This document shows, piece by piece, positions 51,230 through 63,300 of a DNA stretch of 64,000 nt. How positions within the stretch are numbered: position 1 is the stretch's first letter; the number at the start of each line of letters is the position of its first letter. A program made the translations under genes and the position numbers. Under the pieces are notes generated by a model, which was not told where the DNA came from, searched no databases, and saw only the letters and a list, made by a program, of their open reading frames with translations. Location: positions 15,479 to 79,478 of the forward strand of contig NEEC01000197.1 in NCBI GenBank assembly GCA_002189035.1, given 5' to 3'. Source of the DNA: Utricularia gibba. Taxonomy: Eukaryota > Plantae > Magnoliophyta.

Positions 51230-52167
51230 TCAGTTGTAGCCCGGAAAAATAAGTATGCATTTATCAACGTTGGGTTTTCGGCGGCTGCCTGAATGGTTTT
51301 TCAAGCAATAGCTTGCCATTTTAAGGCGGGTGCTGTCGTTGGCAGCTTTGTAAGGGCCCAAGGTTCGGTCTGGCTCCTGAGCCCAATCGGGTGCTACTCG
51401 ATGAAAATCGTGATGCATTTTTTGAAGTTAGGATGTCATGAGCACCCCAAATGGTTTTCTCAACAACCTGATTTATATTTGAGGAGGCGCTCTAGGCTGG
51501 CACTAGTATCGAGCAAATGGTCGAGTCGCGCTCTGGCCCATAGTCATTTGTAGCCCGGCCAAAAAAGTGATGCATTTATTAACGTTGGGTTTTCGGCGGC
51601 TGCCTACATGCTTTTTCGAGGAAAAGTTGTCGTTTTTTTGCGGGTGCTGTTGTTGGGAACTTCGTCCGGACCCAAGGATCGGTCTGACTTCACAGCACAA
51701 TCCGATCCCATTCGACGAAAATCGTGATGCCTTTATTGAAGTTAGGATCTCATGACCACCCCAAATGGTTTTTTCAACAGCATGCTTTACACTTGACAAG
51801 GCGCTTTTGTGGGTCACCGAGATCGGGCCGGATTCGGGTCGGGCTTGAGCCCAAAGTCAGCTGTAGCCCGGCAAAAGAAGTGATGCATTTATTAACGTTG
51901 GGTTGTCGGCGGCTGCCCACATGGTTTTCAAGCAACAGCTTGCCATTTAAAGTCGGGTGCTGTCGTTGGGAGCTTTGTCCGGCCCGAGATTCGGTCTGGC
52001 TACTAAGCCCAATCGGGTCGCACTCGACGAAAATCGTAACGCATTTGATGTAGTTAGGATGTCATGAGAACCCCAATGGGTTTTCTCAACACTCTGCTAT
52101 ATATTTGAGAAGGCGCCCTCGGAGGGTTTCGGGATTGGGCCAGAGGTCGGGTCGGGCTAGGCCATAG
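51230..52167. repeat. Variant 3-mer HOR A-B-C (D missing)
   Basis: Spacing is 938 bp; the C tail (cgccctcggaggg) runs directly into an A head (gcctgaatgg). Confidence 0.9.
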
Positions 52168-53420
52168 TCAGTTGTAGCCCGGAAAATAAGTGATGCATTT
52201 ATCAACGTTGGGTTTTCGGCGGCTGCCTGAATGGTTTTTCAAGCAATAGCTTGCCATTTTAAGGCGGGTGCTGTCGTTGGCAGCTTTGTAAGGGCCCAAG
52301 GTTCGGTCTGGCTCCTGAGCCCAATCGGGTGCTACTCGATGAAAATCGTGATGCATTTTTTGAAGTTAGGATGTCATGAGCACCCCAAATGGTTTTCTCA
52401 ACAACCTGATTTATATTTGAGGAGGCGCTCTAGGCTGCACTAGTATCGAGCAAATGGTCGAGTCGCGCTCTGGCCCATAGTCATTTGTAGCCCGGCCAAA
52501 AAAGTGATGCATTTATTAACGTTGGTTTTCGGCGGCTGCCTACATGCTTTTTTCGAGGAAAAGTTGTCGTTTTTTTGCGGGTGCTGTTGTTGGGAACTTC
52601 GTCCGGACCCAAGGATCGGTCTGACTTCACAGCACAATCCGATCCCATTCGACGTAAATCGTGATGCCTTTATTGAAGTTAGGATCTCATGACCACCCCA
52701 AATGGTTTTTTCAACAGCATGCTTTACACTTGACAAGGCGCTTTTGTGGGTCACCGAGATCGGGCCGGATTCGGGTCGGGCTTGAGCCCAAAGTCAGCTG
52801 TAGCCCGGCAAAAGAAGTGATGCATTTATTAACGTTGGGTTGTCGGCGGCTGCCCACATGGTTTTTCAAGCAATAGCTTGCCATTTAAAGTCGGGTGCTG
52901 TCGTTGGGAGCTTTGTCCGGCCCGAGATTCGGTCTGGCTACTAAGCCCAATCGGGTCGCACTCGACGAAAATCGTAACGCATTTGATGTAGTTAGGATGT
53001 CATGAGAACCCCAATGGGTTTTCTCAACACTCTGCTATATATTTGAGAAGGCGCCCTCGGAGGGTTTCGGGATTGGGCCAGAGGTCGGGTCGGGCTCAGG
53101 CCAATAGTCAGTTGTAGCCCGGAAAATAAGTGATGCATTTATCAACGATGGGTTTTCGGCGGCTGCCTAAATGGTTTTTCAAGCAACAGCTTGCCGTTTT
53201 AAGGTGGGTGCTGTAGTTGGGAGCTTTGTCAGGGCCCGAGATTCGGTCTGGCTACTAAGCCCAATCGGGTCGTACTCGACGAAATCGTAATGCATTTGCT
53301 TTAGTTAGGATGTCATGAGAACCCCAACGGGTTTTCTCAACACTCTACTTTATATTTCAGAAGGCGCTCTTGGGGGGTTTCGGGATTGGGCCAGAGGTCG
53401 GGTCGGGCTATGGCCCATAG

Positions 53421-54353
53421 TCAGTTGTAGCCCGGAAAATAAGTGATGCATTTATCAACGTTGGGTTTTCGGCGGCTGCCTGAATGGTTTTTCAAGCAAT
53501 AGCTTGCCATTTTAAGGCGGGTGCTGTCGTTGGCAGCTTTGTAAGGGCCCAAGGTTCGGTCTGGCTCCTGAGCCCAATCGGGTGCTACTCGATGAAAATC
53601 GTGATGCATTTTTTGAAGTTAGGATGTCATGAGCACCCCAAATGGTTTTCTCAACAACCTGATTTATATTTGAGGAGGCGCTCTAGGCTGGCACTAGTAT
53701 CGAGCAAATGGTCGAGTCGCGCTCTGGCCCATAGTCATTTGTAGCCCGGCCAAAAAAGTGATGCATTTATTAACGTTGGGTTTTCGGCGGCTGCCTACAT
53801 GCTTTTTTCGAGGAAAAGTTGTCGTTTTTTTGCGGGTGCTGTTGTTGGAACTTCGTCCGGACCCAAGGATCGGTCTGACTTCACAGCACAATCCGATCCC
53901 ATTCGACGAAAATCGTGACCTTTATTGAAGTTAGGATCTCATGACCACCCCAAATGGTTTTTTCAACAGCATGCTTTACACTTGACAAGGCGCTTTTGTG
54001 GGTCACCGAGATCGGGCCGGATTCGGGTCGGGCTTGAGCCCAAAGTCAGCTGTAGCCCGGCAAAAGAAGTGATGCATTTATTAACGTGGGGTTGTCGGCG
54101 CTGCCCACATGGTTTGTCAAGCAATAGCTTGCCATTTAAAGTCGGGTGCTGTCGTTGGGAGCTTTGTCCGGCCCGAGATTCGGTCTGGCTACTAAGCCCA
54201 ATCGGGTCGCACTCGACGAAAATCGTAACGCATTTGATGTAGTTAGGATGTCATGAGAACCCCAATGGGTTTTCTCAACACTCTGCTATATATTTGAGAA
54301 GGCGCCCTCGTTTCGGGATTGGGCCAGAGGTCGGGTCGGGCTATGGCCCATAG
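53421..54353. repeat. Variant 3-mer HOR A-B-C (D missing)
   Basis: Spacing is 933 bp; C tail ggcgccctcg joins tttcggg...gctatggcccatag, then A. Confidence 0.9.
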
Positions 54354-57300
54354 TCAGTTGTAGCCCGGAAAATAAGTGATGCATTTATCAACGTTGGGTT
54401 TTCGGCGGCTGCCTGAATGGTTTTTCAAGCAATAGCTTGCCATTTTAAGGCGGGTGCTGTAGTTGGCAGCTTTGTAAGGGCCCAAGGTTCGGTCTGGCTC
54501 CTGAGCCCAATCGGGTGCTACTCGATGAAAATCGTGATGCATTTTTTGAAGTTAGGATGTCATGAGCACCCCAAATGGTTTTCTCAACAACCTGATTTAT
54601 ATTTGAGGAGGCGCTCTAGGCTGGCACTAGTATCGAGCAAATGGTCGAGTCGCGCTCTGGCCCATAGTCATTTGTAGCCCGGCCAAAAAAGTGATGCATT
54701 TATTAACGTTGGGTTTTCGGCGGCTGCCTACATGCTTTTTTCGAGGAAAAGTTGTCGTTTTTTTGCGGGTGCTGTTGTTGGGAACTTCGTCCGGACCCAA
54801 GGATCGGTCTGACTTCACAGCACAATCCGATCCCATTCGACGAAAATCGTGATGCCTTTATTGAAGTTAGGATCTCATGACCACCCCAAATGGTTTTTTC
54901 AACAGCATGCTTTACACTTGACAAGGCGCTTTTGTGGGTCACCGAGATCGGGCCGGATTCGGGTCGGGCTTGAGCCCAAGTCAGCTGTAGCCCGGCAAAA
55001 GAAGTGATGCATTTATTAACGTTGGGTTGTCGGCGGCTGCCCACATGGTTTGTCAAGCAATAGCTTGCCATTTAAAGTCGGGTGCTGTCGTTGGGAGCTT
55101 TGTCCGGCCCGAGATTCGGTCTGGCTACTAAGCCCAATCGGGTCGCACTCGACGAAAATCGTAACGCATTTGATGTAGTTAGGATGTCATGAGAACCCCA
55201 ATGGGTTTTCTCAACACTCTGCTATATATTTGAGAAGGCGCCCTCGGAGGGTTTCGGGATTGGGCCAGAGGTCGGGTCGGGCTCAGGCCAATAGTCAGTT
55301 GTAGCCCGGAAAATAAGTGATGCATTTATCAACGATGGGTTTTCGGCGGCTGCCTAAATGGTTTTTCAAGCAACAGCTTGCCGTTTTAAGGTGGGTGCTG
55401 TAGTTGGGAGCTTTGTCAGGGCCCGAGATTCGGTCTGGCTACTAAGCCCAATCGGGTCGTACTCGACGAAATCGTAATGCATTTGCTTTAGTTAGGATGT
55501 CATGAGAACCCCAACGGGTTTTCTCAACACTCTACTTTATATTTCAGAAGGCGCTCTTGGGGGGTTTCGGGATTGGGCCAGAGGTCGGGTCGGGCTATGG
55601 CCCATAGTCAGTTGTAGCCCGGAAAATAAGTGATGCATTTATCAACGTTGGGTTTTCGGCGGCTGCCTGAATGGTTTTTCAAGCAATAGCTTGCCATTTT
55701 AAGGCGGGTGCTGTCGTTGGCAGCTTTGTAAGGGCCCAAGGTTCGGTCTGGCTCCTGAGCCCAATCGGGTGCTACTCGATGAAAATCGTGATGCATTTTT
55801 TGAAGTTAGGATGTCATGAGCACCCCAAATGGTTTTCTCAACAACCTGATTTATATTTGAGGAGGCGCTCTAGGCTGGCACTAGTATCGAGCAAATGGTC
55901 GAGTCGCGCTCTGGCCCATAGTCATTTGTAGCCCGGCCAAAAAAGTGATGCATTTATTAACGTTGGGTTTTCGGCGGCTGCCTACATGCTTTTTCGAGGA
56001 AAAGTTGTCGTTTTTTGCGGGTGCTGTTGTTGGGAACTTCGTCCGGACCCAAGGTTCGGTCTGACTTCACAGCACAATCCGATCCCATTCGACGAAAATC
56101 GTGACCTTTATTGAAGTTAGGATCTCATGACCACCCCAAATGGTTTTTCAACAGCATGCTACACTTGACAAGGCGCTTTTGTGGGTCACCGAGATCGGGC
56201 CGGATTCGGGTCGGGCTTGAGCCCAAGTCAGCTGTAGCCCGGCAAAAGAAGTGATGCATTTATTAACGTTGGGTTGTCGGCGGCTGCCCACATGGTTTGT
56301 CAAGCAATAGCTTGCCATTTAAAGCGGGTGCTGTCGTTGGGAGCTTTGTCCGGCCCGAGATTCGGTCTGGCTACTAAGCCCAATCGGGTCGCACTCGACG
56401 AAAATCGTAACGCATTTGATGTAGTTAGGATGTCATGAGAACCCCAATGGGTTTTCTCAACACTCTGCTATATATTTGAGAAGGCGCCCTCGGAGGGTTT
56501 CGGGATTGGGCCAGAGGTCGGGTCGGGCTCAGGCCAATAGTCAGTTGTAGCCCGGAAAATAAGTGATGCATTTATCAACGATGGGTTTTCGGCGGCTGCC
56601 TAAATGGTTTTTCAAGCAACAGCTTGCCGTTTTAAGGTGGGTGCTGTAGTTGGGAGCTTTGTCAGGGCCCGAGATTCGGTCTGGCTACTAAGCCCAATCG
56701 GGTCGTACTCGACGAAATCGTAATGCATTTGCTTTAGTTAGGATGTCATGAGAACCCCAACGGGTTTCTCAACACTCTACTTTATATTTCAGAAGGCGCT
56801 CTTGGGGGGTTTCGGGATTGGGCCAGAGGTCGGGTCGGGCTATGGCCCATAGTCAGTTGTAGCCCGGAAAATAAGTGATGCATTTATCAACGTTGGGTTT
56901 TCGGCGGCTGCCTGAATGGTTTTTCAAGCAATAGCTTGCCATTTTAAGGCGGGTGCTGTCGTTGGCAGCTTTGTAAGGGCCCAAGGTTCGGTCTGGCTCC
57001 TGAGCCCAATCGGGTGCTACTCGATGAAAATCGTGATGCATTTTTTGAAGTTAGGATGTCATGAGCACCCCAAATGGTTTTCTCAACAACCTGATTTATA
57101 TTTGAGGAGGCGCTCTAGGCTGGCACTAGTATCGAGCAAATGGTCGAGTCGCGCTCTGGCCCATAGTCATTTGTAGCCCGGCCAAAAAAGTGATGCATTT
57201 ATTAACGTTGGGTTTTCGGCGGCTGCCTACATGCTTTTTTCGAGGAAAAGTTGTCGTTTTTTTGCGGGTGCTGTTGTTGGGAACTTCGTCCGGACCCAAG

Positions 57301-60300
57301 GATCGGTCTGACTTCACAGCACAATCCGATCCCATTCGACGAAAATCGTGATGCCTTTATTGAAGTTAGGATCTCATGACCACCCCAAATGGTTTTTTCA
57401 ACAGCATGCTTTACACTTGACAAGGCGCTTTTGTGGGTCACCGAGATCGGGCCGGATTCGGGTCGGGCTTGAGCCCAAAGTCAGCTGTAGCCCGGCAAAA
57501 GAAGTGATGCATTTATTAACGTTGGGTTGTCGGCGGCTGCCCACATGGTTTTCAAGCAATAGCTTGCCATTTAAAGTCGGGTGCTGTCGTTGGGAGCTTT
57601 GTCCGGCCCGAGATTCGGTCTGGCTACTAAGCCCAATCGGGTCGCACTCGACGAAAATCGTAACGCATTTGATGTAGTTAGGATGTCATGAGAACCCCAA
57701 TGGGTTTTCTCAACACTCTGCTATATATTTGAGAAGGCGCCCTCGGAGGGTTTCGGGATTGGGCCAGAGGTCGGGTCGGGCTCAGGCCAATAGTCAGTTG
57801 TAGCCCGGAAAATAAGTGATGCATTTATCAACGATGGGTTTTCGGCGGCTGCCTAAATGGTTTTTCAAGCAACAGCTTGCCGTTTTAAGGTGGGTGCTGT
57901 AGTTGGGAGCTTTGTCAGGGCCCGAGATTCGGTCTGGCTACTAAGCCCAATCGGGTCGTACTCGACGAAATCGTAATGCATTTGCTTTAGTTAGGATGTC
58001 ATGAGAACCCCAACGGGTTTTCTCAACACTCTACTTTATATTTCAGAAGGCGCTCTTGGGGGGTTTCGGGATTGGGCCAGAGGTCGGGTCGGGCTATGGC
58101 CCATAGTCAGTTGTAGCCCGGAAAATAAGTGATGCATTTATCAACGTTGGGTTTTCGGCGGCTGCCTGAATGGTTTTTCAAGCAATAGCTTGCCATTTTA
58201 AGGCGGGTGCTGTCGTTGGCAGCTTTGTAAGGGCCCAAGGTTCGGTCTGGCTCCTGAGCCCAATCGGGTGCTACTCGATGAAAATCGTGATGCATTTTTT
58301 GAAGTTAGGATGTCATGAGCACCCCAAATGGTTTTCTCAACAACCTGATTTATATTTGAGGAGGCGCTCTAGGCTGGCACTAGTATCGAGCAAATGGTCG
58401 AGTCGCGCTCTGGCCCATAGTCATTGTAGCCCGGCCAAAAAAGTGATGCATTTATTAACGTTGGGTTTTCGGCGGCTGCCTACATGCTTTTTTCGAGGAA
58501 AAGTTGTCGTTTTTTTGCGGGTGCTGTTGTTGGGAACTTCGTCCGGACCCAAGGATCGGTCTGACTTCACAGCACAATCCGATCCCATTCGACGTAAATC
58601 GTGATGCCTTTATTGAAGTTAGGATCTCATGACCACCCCAAATGGTTTTTTCAACAGCATGCTTTACACTTGACAAGGCGCTTTTGTGGGTCACCGAGAT
58701 CGGGCCGGATTCGGGTCGGGCTTGAGCCCAAAGTCAGCTGTAGCCCGGCAAAAGAAGTGATGCATTTATTAACGTTGGGTTGTCGGCGGCTGCCCACATG
58801 GTTTGTCAAGCAATAGCTTGCCATTTAAAGTCGGGTGCTGTCGTTGGGAGCTTTGTCCGGCCCGAGATTCGGTCTGGCTACTAAGCCCAATCGGGTCGCA
58901 CTCGACGAAAATCGTAACGCATTTGATGTAGTTAGGATGTCATGAGAACCCCAATGGGTTTTCTCAACACTCTGCTATATATTTGAGAAGGCGCCTCGGA
59001 GGTTTCGGGATTGGGCCAGAGGTCGGGTCGGGCTCAGGCCAATAGTCAGTTGTAGCCCGGAAAATAAGTGATGCATTTATCAACGATGGGTTTTCGGCGG
59101 CTGCCTAAATGGTTTTTCAAGCAACAGCTTGCCGTTTTAAGGTGGGTGCTGTAGTTGGAGCTTTGTCAGGGCCCGAGATTCGGTCTGGCTACTAAGCCCA
59201 ATCGGGTCGTACTCGACGAAATCGTAATGCATTTGCTTTAGTTAGGATGTCATGAGAACCCCAACGGGTTTTCTCAACACTCTACTTTATATTTCAGAAG
59301 GCGCTCTTGGGGGTTTCGGGATTGGGCCAGAGGTCGGGTCGGGCTATGGCCCATAGTCAGTTGTAGCCCGGAAAATAAGTGATGCATTTATCAACGTTGG
59401 GTTTTCGGCGGCTGCCTGAATGGTTTTTCAAGCAATAGCTTGCCATTTTAAGGCGGGTGCTGTCGTTGGCAGCTTTGTAAGGGCCCAAGGTTCGGTCTGG
59501 CTCCTGAGCCCAATCGGGTGCTACTCGATGAAAATCGTGATGCATTTTTTGAAGTTAGGATGTCATGAGCACCCCAAATGGTTTTCTCAACAACCTGATT
59601 TATATTTGAGGAGGCGCTCTAGGCTGGCACTAGTATCGAGCAAATGGTCGAGTCGCGCTCTGGCCCATAGTCATTTGTAGCCCGGCCAAAAAAGTGATGC
59701 ATTTATTAACGTTGGGTTTTCGGCGGCTGCCTACATGCTTTTTTCGAGGAAAAGTTGTCGTTTTTTTGCGGGTGCTGTTGTTGGGAACTTCGTCCGGACC
59801 CAAGGATCGGTCTGACTTCACAGCACAATCCGATCCCATTCGACGTAAATCGTGATGCCTTTATTGAAGTTAGGATCTCATGACCACCCCAAATGGTTTT
59901 TTCAACAGCATGCTTTACACTTGACAAGGCGCTTTTGTGGGTCACCGAGATCGGGCCGGATTCGGGTCGGGCTTGAGCCCAAAGTCAGCTGTAGCCCGGC
60001 AAAAGAAGTGATGCATTTATTAACGTTGGGTTGTCGGCGGCTGCCCACATGGTTTTCAAGCAATAGCTTGCCATTTAAAGGGAGCTTTGTCCGGCCCGAG
60101 ATTCGGTCTGGCTACTAAGCCCAATCGGGTCGCACTCGACGAAAATCGTAACGCATTTGATGTAGTTAGGATGTCATGAGAACCCCAATGGGTTTTCTCA
60201 ACACTCTGCTATATATTTGAGAAGGCGCCCTCGGAGGGTTTCGGGATTGGGCCAGAGGTCGGGTCGGGCTCAGGCCAATAGTCAGTTGTAGCCCGGAAAA

Positions 60301-63300
60301 TAAGTGATGCATTTATCAACGATGGGTTTTCGGCGGCTGCCTAAATGGTTTTTCAAGCAACAGCTTGCCGTTTTAAGGTGGGTGCTGTAGTTGGGAGCTT
60401 TGTCAGGGCCCGAGATTCGGTCTGGCTACTAAGCCCAATCGGGTCGTACTCGACGAAATCGTAATGCATTTGCTTTAGTTAGGATGTCATGAAACCCCAA
60501 CGGGTTTTCTCAACACTCTACTTTATATTTCAGAAGGCGCTCTTGGGGGTTTCGGGATTGGGCCAGAGGTCGGTCGGGCTATGGCCCATAGTCAGTTGTA
60601 GCCCGGAAAATAAGTGATGCATTTATCAACGTTGGGTTTTCGGCGGCTGCCTGAATGGTTTTTCAAGCAATAGCTTGCCATTTTAAGGCGGGTGCTGTCG
60701 TTGGCAGCTTTGTAAGGGCCCAAGGTTCGGTCTGGCTCCTGAGCCCAATCGGGTGCTACTCGATGAAAATCGTGATGCATTTTTTGAAGTTAGGATGTCA
60801 TGAGCACCCCAAATGGTTTTCTCAACAACCTGATTTATATTGAGGAGGCGCTCTAGGCTGGCACTAGTATCGAGCAAATGGTCGAGTCGCGCTCTGGCCC
60901 ATAGTCATTTGTAGCCCGGCCAAAAAAGTGATGCATTTATTAACGTTGGGTTTTCGGCGGCTGCCTACATGCTTTTTTCGAGGAAAAGTTGTCGTTTTTT
61001 TGCGGGTGCTGTTGTTGGGAACTTCGTCCGGACCCAAGGATCGGTCTGACTTCACAGCACAATCCGATCCCATTCGACGTAAATCGTGATGCCTTTATTG
61101 AAGTTAGGATCTCATGACCACCCCAAATGGTTTTTTCAACAGCATGCTTTACACTTGACAAGGCGCTTTTGTGGGTCACCGAGATCGGGCCGGATTCGGG
61201 TCGGGCTTGAGCCCAAAGTCAGCTGTAGCCCGGCAAAAGAAGTGATGCATTTATTAACGTTGGGTTGTCGGCGGCTGCCCACATGGTTTGTCAAGCAATA
61301 GCTTGCCATTTAAAGTCGGGTGCTGTCGTTGGGAGCTTTGTCCGGCCCGAGATTCGGTCTGGCTACTAAGCCCAATCGGGTCGCACTCGACGAAAATCGT
61401 AACGCATTTGATGTAGTTAGGATGTCATGAGAACCCCAATGGGTTTTCTCAACACTCTGCTATATATTTGAGAAGGCGCCCTCGGGGGTTTCGGGATTGG
61501 GCCAGAGGTCGGGTCGGGCTCAGGCCAATAGTCAGTTGTAGCCCGGAAAATAAGTGATGCATTTATCAACGATGGGTTTTCGGCGGCTGCCTAAATGGTT
61601 TTTCAAGCAACAGCTTGCCGTTTTAAGGTGGGTGCTGTAGTTGGGAGCTTTGTCAGGGCCCGAGATTCGGTCTGGCTACTAAGCGGGGTCGTACTCGACG
61701 AAATCGTAATGCATTTGCTTTAGTTAGGATGTCATGAGAACCCCAACGGGTTTTTCTCAACCACTCTACTTATATTTCAGAAGGCGCTCTTGGGGGTTTC
61801 GGGATTGGGCCAGAGGTCGGGTCGGGCTATGGCCCATAGTCAGTTGTAGCCCGGAAAATAAGTGATGCATTTATCAACGTTGGGTTTTCGGCGGCTGCCT
61901 GAATGGTTTTTCAAGCAATAGCTTGCCATTTTAAGGCGGGTGCTGTCGTTGGCAGCTTTGTAAGGGCCAAGGTTCGGTCTGGCTCCTGAGCCCAATCGGG
62001 TGCTACTCGATGAAAATCGTGATGCATTTTTTGAAGTTAGGATGTCATGAGCACCCCAAATGGTTTTCTCAACAACCTGATTTATATTTGAGGAGGCGCT
62101 CTAGGCTGGCACTAGTATCGAGCAAATGGTCGAGTCGCGCTCTGGCCCATAGTCATTTGTAGCCCGGCCAAAAAAGTGATGCATTTATTAACGTTGGGTT
62201 TCGGCGGCTGCCTACATGCTTTTTTCGAGGAAAAGTTGTCGTTTTTTTGCGGGTGCTGTTGTTGGGAACTTCGTCCGGACCCAAGGATCGGTCTGACTTC
62301 ACAGCACAATCCGATCCCATTCGACGAAAATCGTGATGCCTTTATTGAAGTTAGGATCTCATGACCACCCCAAATGGTTTTTTCAACAGCATGCTTTACA
62401 CTTGACAAGGCGCTTTTGTGGGTCACCGAGATCGGGCCGGATTCGGTCGGGCTTGAGCCCAAAGTCAGCTGTAGCCCGGCAAAAGAAGTGATGCATTTAT
62501 TAACGTTGGGTTGTCGGCGGCTGCCCACATGGTTTGTCAAGCAATAGCTTGCCATTTAAAGTCGGGTGCTGTCGTTGGGAGCTTTGTCGGCCCGAGATTC
62601 GGTCTGGCTACTAAGCCCAATCGGGTCGCACTCGACGAAAATCGTAACGCATTTGATGTAGTTAGGATGTCATGAGAACCCCAATGGGTTTTCTCAACAC
62701 TCTGCTATATATTTGAGAAGGCGCCCTCGGAGGGTTTCGGGATTGGGCCAGAGGTCGGGTCGGGCTCAGGCCAATAGTCAGTTGTAGCCCGGAAAATAAG
62801 TGATGCATTTATCAACGATGGTTTTCGGCGGCTGCCTAAATGGTTTTTCAAGCAACAGCTTGCCGTTTTAAGGTGGGTGCTGTAGTTGGGAGCTTTGTCA
62901 GGGCCCGAGATTCGGTCTGGCTACTAAGCCCAATCGGGTCGTACTCGACGAAATCGTAATGCATTTGCTTTAGTTAGGATGTCATGAGAACCCCAACGGG
63001 TTTTCTCAACACTCTACTTTATATTTCAGAAGGCGCTCTTGGGGGTTTCGGGATTGGGCCAGAGGTCGGGTCGGGCTATGGCCCATAGTCAGTTGTAGCC
63101 CGGAAAATAAGTGATGCATTTATCAACGTTGGGTTTTCGGCGGCTGCCTGAATGGTTTTTTCAAGCAATAGCTTGCCATTTTAAGGCGGGTGCTGTCGTT
63201 GGCAGCTTTGTAAGGGCCCAAGGTTCGGTCTGGCTCCTGAGCCCAATCGGGTGCTACTCGATGAAAATCGTGATGCATTTTTTGAAGTTAGGATGTCATG

